Source: Octopus vulgaris (Eukaryota). Taken from it: 64,000 nucleotides of DNA. The stretch covers positions 65,286,001 to 65,350,000 of the forward strand of contig OX597823.1 in assembly GCA_951406725.2 (NCBI GenBank), written 5' to 3'. Both the position numbers and the translations under genes were made by a program. The first letter of the stretch is position 1; every line of letters begins with the position of its first letter. This document shows, in pieces, positions 55,330 through 64,000 of this stretch. The notes under the pieces are model-generated. The model saw only the letters and a list, made by a program, of their open reading frames with translations, searched no databases and was not told the origin of the DNA.

Positions 55330-56500
55330 CAATTGTAAGCTTCCAGGTCTGATTCGTCTCCATTTCACAAAGACACATCACATACTCAAACACATAGACT
55401 ACGGTGGGCTGAAGGAATGATTCTAGAGCTGTGAAATTGTGTATGCATTAAGTTCAACACGACCCATTAATTACTGCATTGATGAAAGAAGACTTCAAAA
55501 CAACCTGGTAGCGACGCCTCTTGAAAATCGACAAAATTTGGCATCCTGATGTTATCAAGTACCTGCAAACAGACGGTGCAGCCACCAAGAACATTCATGC
55601 TGACATGTTTGCTACTTTAACAACAATAATAAAGTGGTCATCTAAATTCAGGAGAGGAAGGGAGAGTATTGAAGTTGACACAAGAACAGGAAATTGACAA
55701 TGAATCAATATAGCCAATGTTATTAGTATAATCCATGAGAAAGCTGAGAATATTCTGCATAACTAATTTGGCACGACGAAGGCATCTTCTCCGGTGGGTG
55801 CCACATCATTTGACGCCTGATCACATTACGGGAAAATCTGACGCTGTTTCAGGCAAATCCAACTGGTTCCCTTGCTTGAGCGTTTCCTAATCCAGGATAG
55901 GTGTTGGTTCTATTATTTTGAGCCAGGGATAAAGAGACGATCTATGCAGAGGTAACACCCCTACTCATCTGCTCAAAAGAAAGCTAAGGTAGTTTCATCT
56001 GCAGGAAAGGGAATGGTCTCAAATTTTTGGGATACAAAGGCACTGTGTTTATTGTCTACCGTGTAATGAACCACAGCATCAGTGGAGAGTTCTATGCCAA
56101 CTTTCTGAGGCAGTTACGATAGGCTGCTAAGAAGAAACACAGAAAAACTGATGAAGGTGACTTGTTGTCAATGACTGACTTGTCTTAAATGTCTGCTGTG
56201 TATCTCTATGGCTTTGAACTGGATGATAACCTTCCCGATTCTCCTGATTCGTCCTTGTTTGACTATTATCTGCTCCCCAACGTGAAAGAGCATTTGGCTG
56301 GGAACCAGTATCGAAGTGAAGATGATGTTTTATCTGCCGTTTATAACTTTTTTGATCAATAGGATGAAAGCTTCTTCACCGACGGCATCCGTGCACTGCA
56401 ACACCGATGAAAGAATTGTGTTGGGTTCAGGGGCAGGAAGAACTTTGTTGTAAAATAAACGTCATTCCATGAGAATATCTTGGTAGCCAACCTTCGAACA
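55330..56500 (+). mobile_element. Decayed mariner transposon
   Basis: Peptides KWSSKFRRGRESIE, RWVPHHLTPD, FLIQDRCWFYYFEP (TGDETW-like), AGKGMVSNFWD and PDSPDSSLFDYYL (YSPDLAPxD-like). Ends approximate. Confidence 0.85.
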
Positions 56501-58758
56501 TACGGCAAAAATCAGGAGTTTCCCCTCAGTTTTCTGCCATTCATTTTATTTATCTTTGTATTTTTCTGGCCGATATATAGTTTTTTCTTTATTATTTTAT
56601 AGCTTTGTTTTGCTCGTCACATTTTCTCTTTCTTTGTTCTTCCTACTTTTATAATGTTCTCTTTCACTTTGTGTGTCTTGCCTTCATTAAAAAATCTCTT
56701 CACTCATGTGAACACTATGATTCTGGGTCATGCATTTCACCTCAAATATTTATCAATCAGTAACGTTATTCACTTTCAAAATGCCACTACAAATTCAGTA
56801 TTTTCATACCACCACTAACACCACCACACACATTAAATTATGCAATACCTTAAACCTACTGATACCACAAAAATCTAAACACACCAGTGGTTTCTAAGAC
56901 CAACAAATTCATTGCTGTCTGAGCGCACACATACACTACCTACCGCAACCACCAACAACTACATCCCCCAGATACCCTACAACACCCACACAATGTCTTT
57001 CTACGTTGTCACAGCCATGCTGCTCAGGATTATAGAACACAAAACGATGATTGTTTATAGAGAAAACGCATGCTGTCCATTTCGAAATGATGCACTATGT
57101 CACTTGCACAGTCTATTGATTTATCGATAATGTCTTGCTGTTTCCATTTGTCTTTTCTTTTCGTGAGAGTAAACACTGCTTCTATCTTCTTGCACTTGGG
57201 CAGATAATATGCTTGCAAACATCACCCTGATTTAGCTTTCGCAGTTTTATTGTTTTTATTTAATATTGAGATACACAGGAGATCAAGATATTTGACTGTT
57301 GTATCGAATAGAGAAAGAGAGGTGGTGAATAAATGAAGAGAATGGAAAAAGGAAGAAGGAATTATATATATATATATATATATTGTCAATAAGCAGATTA
57401 ATGCTATAATAAAAGAAAAATAGCAAAAAGGAAAAATAATTTGTGTTCGCGCCTGAGTGGGAGGGAAGACGGAGATAAATACAGATTAAGTTTGTGGGAG
57501 ACTGTGCAGTAGACTCAACAAAAAGAAGAATTACGCAAAACAAATAGAAACGCAAACAAGTTGTTTTTGTTTTAGCTCGAAGTCAAGCAGAATTATGGCT
57601 AAAAGCATTCAAGCCGTTACCACACCGTCTAATCGTTTGTTTCAGTTATACATTCTAGGTTGTATTATTTAATAAAACCATGTTTGTTTATTCTTTGAGA
57701 TGGTAGGATGGCATTTGAGCAGCAAATTTGCCTGTTGTTTCTAGCAGGTCGAATGACCATATAGAGACTCACTTGTCGGCTCCGCACAAATAAGTAGTGT
57801 GTTCGTTGGAGGTCAGCCCCGATGTAACAGATCTATTTTCAATAAAATTCCATCAGCCACCTCTAACATACCTTTACAGATGTATATTTTGTTCTTATTC
57901 AAAACTTTAGGGTACGAGTTTTAGAAGTTTTAGCTGCTCTTACTTCTAAGAACGAAGCGTTTCCAAGGCCGATTAAGCGATATGCCTAGGTTTACTTGTT
58001 AGAAACATATATGGAATATATGATAACATTCTGGTGAAACATTGCTGTCGAATTTTCTGATGCAACATTGCCGTCGAAATAGTGTTGTATTTTTGATCGA
58101 GTAGCATTTTTATAATTGTAGATGAATTTCTATACATGACGTTTTTCTTTCCTGCTTTGTCATTTGGATTTCAATTTAGCAGATTCTGTTCTCGGTTTGA
58201 AAATGTCTAAACTGTATAGTAAAGAACCAGTATATAATCTAATATTTATTGTATATATTTACAGACGTTCAGATATGTTTTCAAAATTTGCTTGAATTAC
58301 TACTCTTAGACACTAAATACTACATATCACATTCCATCTTGCATACGACTGATACAGATAAATATGTAGACATATCATGTGCACTTTATCTTTTAGATAA
58401 AAACAACTATGTGTAAATGGCTGAGTGGCCAACCTGATGTATTGAAGCATTTTAATTGTTTCCCCACTCGAATGTAACAAAGTATACTGCTGGGATTACC
58501 TTTTATTTTATTGCTCCAAAGCTTTAAAAATGGTTACCAATATAATATAGAGTGTATGTGTTTCATTCCGATCTATTAAATTAACCATAGTGTACCTAAG
58601 TTAGCGTTTCATATATCCTGTAGCACTTTGCATCGCAACTGTAATAGTGTGAGACTTTATTTTTCCATGTATTGTATTTAGAGCAGAAATAAGTATAAAA
58701 AGAAATTTCGCCATGAAGACAATCACTGAAAAGGGAAAGAAAGAGGGAGAGAGAGAGG

Positions 58759-58790
<32 letters not shown>

Positions 58791-60261
58791 TAGAGAGAGA
58801 GAAACGGATTGGGAGAGAGAGAGAGTGAAAGTGAGAAAGAATGTGAAATGAGCGCAAACAGGAGAGGAAGTAAAATATAAATGAATATAGGGAGACTTAT
58901 AAAGTATGACAGTTTGTGTGAAGAAGAGAAACTTAAATGAATAATGTTATCTTTGCATGTATAACTATTTAGATATTTCAAATTATAGTGGTGGAGGAGG
59001 CATTCGTTTCGTAACCATATTACAGTGTTGGAACGCGACTAGAGAATTGATTGTCGCTTAATGCTTCAAGTCACGTATACACCGAAGTCATTTGTTTTAA
59101 CATTCCATTGTCTCAGTAGATGCATACTTGATCTCTGCAATTTAAGGTTAAGAAACATTTTGAGATGGATGTGCAGGAATATGAAAGGCTTGGCTTTCAA
59201 TTTGATGTCAGGTATCCTATTTACTCAACCACCCGAAAACTATATTTGCATTAACAATAATTGGCATCCCATTTAAATTTCTAAATATCTTAAATAGCTT
59301 TTGGTCCTTACTTTATTTCAACCATCGCTGTTGGCTTCATATGGAGCGCTACTTTCATGCTTTCTAATACAATCATCTTTTTATTTAGAAAAAGAAATCA
59401 AGGATATTTTCTCTTAGAGCTTCTTGCAGTCAGGCTTTTACTTTGCCTACAAGTTAAAGGAGAAAAGATAACACTGAGACAGGAGTGTGTGTGTGTGTGT
59501 GTATGTGTGCGTACGCTTGTGTGTGTGTTCGTGCGTCTTTGCATGTGCGCACGTGTGTGCATATGCGCACAAAGAAGCAAAGATTGGGAGATATTACGAC
59601 CCTTGGCTAGGTGCAGTAAGAAGCAGTGCTTTTATGTATTGTGTTGGATCACTAACAGCAGATTGATACCCCTTAGTCAAGTGATGGTGTAAAACATAGC
59701 GAAGGTTTACACTTACTTCACCAAAGCAGTTGCAATCTACTCTGTAGATTTCACAAGTCTCTGCAGACACAATTTGATGAATTCCAGAATGAAATATTAT
59801 AACCTTGCTCATGTAGAGTGTACGAAAAGTGAAAACGGGACTACTTGATTGTGGAACAAATGTTTTAAACCGATGTCTATGCCTGCACACATGCCCAGTT
59901 CGCCTACTGTAAATTCTTTCCTGACTAATATTTCCTAGGATGTATGTTATAAACGTTCCATGCACTGAATGAATTTAATCTTCTCCTTGCCTACATTTTA
60001 ACCAATTGATATTAATTTCTTCCAAATGAAATTCCCCTATGCTTTGTTTTACAGTGAGTATGCTTATTTTCATCGAATAATCCATGATAGAACTAAATTA
60101 ACTCTCATTAAATAACAAAATGGGATGTACTTTAGAACAAACATAATATTTACGTTACTATATACTTAATCATACCATGATATTCTCCAATAATCATTAT
60201 AATATCAAGTCCATTTGCAGTTCATAATATTATCTGACTACTATCATGAATACTATACTTG

Positions 60262-60317
60262 TCTTCAAAAATAATACCACGTATCTTCAAAAATAATACC
60301 ACGTATCTTCAAAAATA
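60262..60317. repeat. 22-bp tandem repeat, ~2.5 copies
   Basis: Unit tcttcaaaaataataccacgta. Confidence 0.9.
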
Positions 60318-60581
60318 TATAATTTGCAAAACAAACGATGTTAGGAATACTATAGTAAAGTTTACAAATTAGTATATGCCTTAACAGTAATCAATAAACG
60401 TCTTTCACTGTTGTTATATTTATAATTTCATAACTGCCATGAAGTGTTTAATTATTCAATAGACAGATTGTTATAAATACGATGAGTTCACCACTTGCAG
60501 CTGTACAACAATATAAGATTTTGTTTTAAATAACTGATACAATATTATTAGTTTTCTCGTGAAAAATGATACTAAGTGTAT

Positions 60582-60962
60582 GGAAGCACTCCGTCGGTTA
60601 CGACGATGAGGTTCCGGTTCATCCGAATCAACGGAACAGCCTGGTCGTGAAATTAACGTGTAAGTGGCTGAGCACTCCACAGACATGTGTACCCTTAACG
60701 TAGTTCTCGGGGAGATTCAGCGTGACATAGAGAGTGACAAGGCCGGCCCTTTGAAATACAGGTACAACAGAAACAGGAAGTAAGAGTGAGAGAAAGTTGT
60801 GGCGAAAGAGTACAGCAGGGATCACCGCCATCCCCTGCCGGAGCATCGTGGAGCTTCAGGTGTTTTCGCTCAATAAACACTCACAACGCCCGGTCTGGGA
60901 ATCGAAACCGCGATCCTATGACCGCGAGTCCGCTGCCCTAACCACTGGGCCATTGCGCCTCC
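60582..60962 (-). mobile_element. tRNA-derived SINE, family D, with TSD
   Basis: Reverse complement of 558-943. TSD gatactaagtgtat (60568-60581) / gatacaaagtgtat (60963-60976), 1 mismatch. Confidence 0.88.
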
Positions 60963-61344
60963 GATACAAAGTGTATTATGTTCTAACTTATGGACTGTCT
61001 GCATGCACAATTGTTGTGATTTTTTCGTATTGACATTTTGCACAAACGGGAGATGTTCCTATCAGTATATAATAGATTTTCTCTAAGGACTGGTAGTTAG
61101 ACGTGTGTGAAATCCTTAAGCTACTTTATTGCGTCTTCAAGAATATTTTGCTGAGGTTTGTGTGGAACACCTAGATACAGTGTTGGTTATTGTCTCAGAA
61201 GATGTTCAACATACGTGCGATATGTAATCTTAACTGCACATGTCGATATTCCTTTCATTCCATTCAGTATATTTCTTGGTCGTGGCCTGTTCGTGCTTCT
61301 CTCAACCTATTCAGGATGAATTCATTAATTCAGGCTAGAGTAGT

Positions 61345-61686
61345 TCCTCCGCCTCCTCCTCCTCCCCCTTCTTCTTCTTCTCCTTCTTCTTCTTCTCCTT
61401 CTTCTTCTTCTCCTTCTTCTTCTTCTCCTTCTTCTTCTCCTTCTTCTTCTTCTCTTTCTTCTTCTCCTTCTTCTCCTACTTTTCCTTCTTCTTCTCCTTC
61501 TTCTCCTCCTCCTCCTTCTTCTTCTTCTTCTTCTTCTTCTTCTTCTTCTTCTCCTTCTTCTTCTTCTTTTTCTTCTTCACCTCCTCCTCCTCCTCCTCCT
61601 CCTCCTCCTCCTTCTTCTTCTTCTTCTTCTTCTTCTTCTTCTTCTTCTTCTTCTTCTTCTTCTTCTTCTTCTTCTTCTTCTTCTTC
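61345..61686. repeat. (CTT)n/(CCT)n polypyrimidine tract
   Basis: About 340 bp of almost only C and T; source of the poly-Ser/Pro and poly-Lys ORFs. Confidence 0.95.
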
Positions 61687-62688
61687 ATGTCCTGTTGTTT
61701 CTCCGACTGCTCCTTTTACTACAAAAGCTTCGCCATCGCCACCGCATTATCATTCGCAGTATATATATATATATGTGTGTGTGTGCGTGTGCGTGTGTGT
61801 TTGTGTGTGTGTGTGTGTGTGTGCGTGTATGTGTGTGTGGTGTGCGCACTTAATACTGCAAGCTGTCAGAATCGTTACCGCACCGGATAAAATGCTTACC
61901 GGATTTTCTTCTAACTCTGCACCCTGAGGTAAAATGCTGCCGAGGAAGGATTTGCCTTCGGAGTCAATAAAAAGAGTTCCGGTTGATTAAACTGGGTGGG
62001 TGGGTATTTCGATGTAATCGACTAGCACATTCTCGAAATTACATCGCTGGCTTAGTACGCCAATTTGAAACAAATATATATATAAATTTGTGTGGGTGTG
62101 CTTGTGTGTGAAATTTTATGTATATATTTAAACGTGTATGTGTAATGTGTGTGTAGGGAAGAGTTTGAATTTTAATAAAATTCGGTCCTCATTTCCCTTC
62201 TCTCCTATCTATTTCACTAGCGTTTTACATAGTTCAACATGCTTCAGGTCACTAAAATATGTTCTGTCAGAGTGCACTATTGCAAACCTACACAAGCGAA
62301 CATGTAGAAAGCAAAATAGGAATTTTAAAAGAAGTAGATATATATCTACTTTTTAAACATCGGCAGGTTAAACGAGTCCACCAGAGTAAAATTGTAATCA
62401 AAAGGGGAAAATGGTTGACAGCCATTGGTTCAGAGTAACGTAAAACACCTAAAAATATTCAGAAAGAGCAAATAAAATGAAAAAAAGATTTAAAGGGAAG
62501 GGGATAAAATATTTTAAGAGGGTTCAACTGAACGTAATACAGGATGGATATACAATTAAAGCAGTTTCGTTTTAAACAGACGGTGTGACACCGATATTGC
62601 AGTACATGATTCGAGGTATCTGTACGGAACACTTATACGGTGTATTTTCGAAGGCACTGGCTACCCATTGGCAATTGTATCTGTCGCT

Positions 62689-62993
62689 TTAGTTACACAT
62701 ACGACCTGTTTTACAAGGTAGTGAGGAAATATTAACTGTCTTGTTACTAAACTTCTTATTATGAAGAGATCTAGCATAAGTATTTCTATTTCTGTTAGAC
62801 TGACAAGTGTCATTAATAGAGAAGCTAAATGAAGAAGACCTACCAGGATCATTATTACCACTTATGTAATTACCAATATTGATTAATCTCTTGCTATTCA
62901 TATCAGCTAAATTAAGCATAGTAGAATAAGCAGATCTGTGCCTATTGAATAAACTTGGACATTTATTACAATAATTATTGAAACGATCAAAAA
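62689..62993 (-). CDS. Candidate terminal exon (Ser/Asn-rich cytoplasmic tail)
   Basis: Acceptor cacttatttttAG (62995-62994), then about 100 open codons FDRFNNYCNKCPSLFNRHRSAYSTML...CKTGRMCN* with a strong T/A third-position bias. No family recognised. Confidence 0.4.
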
Positions 62994-63086
62994 CTAAAAA
63001 TAAGTGTAGTACCCATAGTTCTATTCTTTTACTTATATTATTTCTTGACGGAATTTTAGTAGATATTTCAATATATAGATAATACA

Positions 63087-63395
63087 AGGTAGCGAGGTAG
63101 AAACATTAGCACGCCGGGCGAAATGCTTTGTGGTATTTCGTCGGCCGCTGCGTTCTGAGTTCAAATTCCGCCAAGGTCGACTTTGCCTTTCATCAATTCG
63201 AGGTCGATAAATTAAGCACCAGTTACGCACTGGGGTTGATGTAATTTACTTAATCCGTTCGTCTCTCCTTGTTTGTCGCCTCTGTGTTTAGCCCCTTGTG
63301 GGTAGTAAAGAAATAGGTATTTCGTCGGTCTTTATGTTCACCGAGGTCGAATTTGCCTTTCGTCCTTTCGGGGTCGATAAATTAAGTACCAGTTA
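63087..63395 (+). mobile_element. SINE family A plus partial tandem copy
   Basis: Full copy to ~63315, then a repeat of gtatttcgtc...aagtaccagtt. Confidence 0.85.
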
Positions 63396-63540
63396 GCCAC
63401 TATTTATATAAGTTCAGACCCAGTTAAATGCATAGATTTCACAACCACGACTGTATATATATATATTTAAAATTTTATAAGTGGCCAGCGCATAAATAGA
63501 CCTACATCGGTAAATTTATATATAGAGATTTTTAATAGTG

Positions 63541-63715
63541 TAAAATACAATTATAATTAAGGGTACAAAGACTTCTGTGCCTATATGCTGAAGATGGACG
63601 CTAAAGCAACGAGTAAATCATAAAGTGATGATTTCGAGTAGTTAAGCGGTTTTGGCGTCTATCTTCAGCATATACGTACCGAAGTCTCTATGCCCTTAAT
63701 TATAATTGCATTTTA
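63541..63715. repeat. Fold-back element with ~65-bp arms
   Basis: taaaatacaattataattaaggg...tatatgctgaagatggacgctaaa pairs with tttggcgtctatcttcagcatata...cccttaattataattgcatttta. Confidence 0.88.
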
Positions 63716-63781
63716 TATTATTATATACCTCTCACTCTCTCTCTTTCTCTACCTATATTCATATATATATATATATATATA

Positions 63782-64000
63782 CAGTGGCGGCCAAAATGTT
63801 CAGAACGGCATTGTTTTCGTCAGAAAAGTAGGTATAAGTTTTTATCAAAAAGTTGTTTTATATTCTATAATTTTCACAGACAATAAATACAATATTATTT
63901 GTTATTGCCTGAGATTTTGGTGTAATTTGAGAGGATAATACAAAAGTTATGTATGATTTAGTGATTTACTGCAAAACCCATGGCGGCCAAAATGATCAGA
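63782..64000 (+). mobile_element. Left end of Tc1-like transposon (IR/DR type), runs off the window
   Basis: TA|CAGTGGCGGCCAAAATGTTCAGA after (TA)n; the internal direct repeat tggcggccaaaatgatcaga is at 63981-64000. Confidence 0.7.

Noticed and set aside
58057-58085. CTGATGC...GTCGAAA hammerhead-like motif
   Set aside because: Core mismatch, no stem I or III; explained by a small local duplication.
59594-59965. 123-aa minus-strand ORF
   Set aside because: No recognisable domain, no canonical ATG start and no convincing splice signals.
61190-61927. Longest ORF (245 aa, poly-Ser/Pro)
   Set aside because: Open only because of (CTT/CCT)n and (TG)n repeats; no non-repetitive coding signal.

Overview
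AT-rich, microsatellite-dense eukaryotic DNA, most likely intergenic or intronic sequence from an octopus/coleoid cephalopod (inferred from the SINE families and repeat texture). Almost all ORFs in the supplied track are microsatellite read-throughs. The window is mainly mobile-element debris: four tRNA-derived SINE families (three copies with clear target-site duplications), mariner and Tc1 remnants, a Sola2-like DNA transposon, RTE fragments, Penelope-like (PLE) RT and GIY-YIG remnants, R4/Dong-like fragments inside (TAA)n, and Tx1/L1-like 3' ends inside (TATC)n. Host-gene signal is limited to a probable GPCR terminal exon (40613-40844, +), two or three weaker exon candidates and three decayed ankyrin-like tracts. 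The most notable non-coding signal is a set of type I hammerhead ribozyme motifs: one fully canonical at 48076-48124 and at least five partly decayed. Several lie in short fold-back elements next to (TA)n runs. All assignments come from reading by eye; no database searches or folding computations were run.
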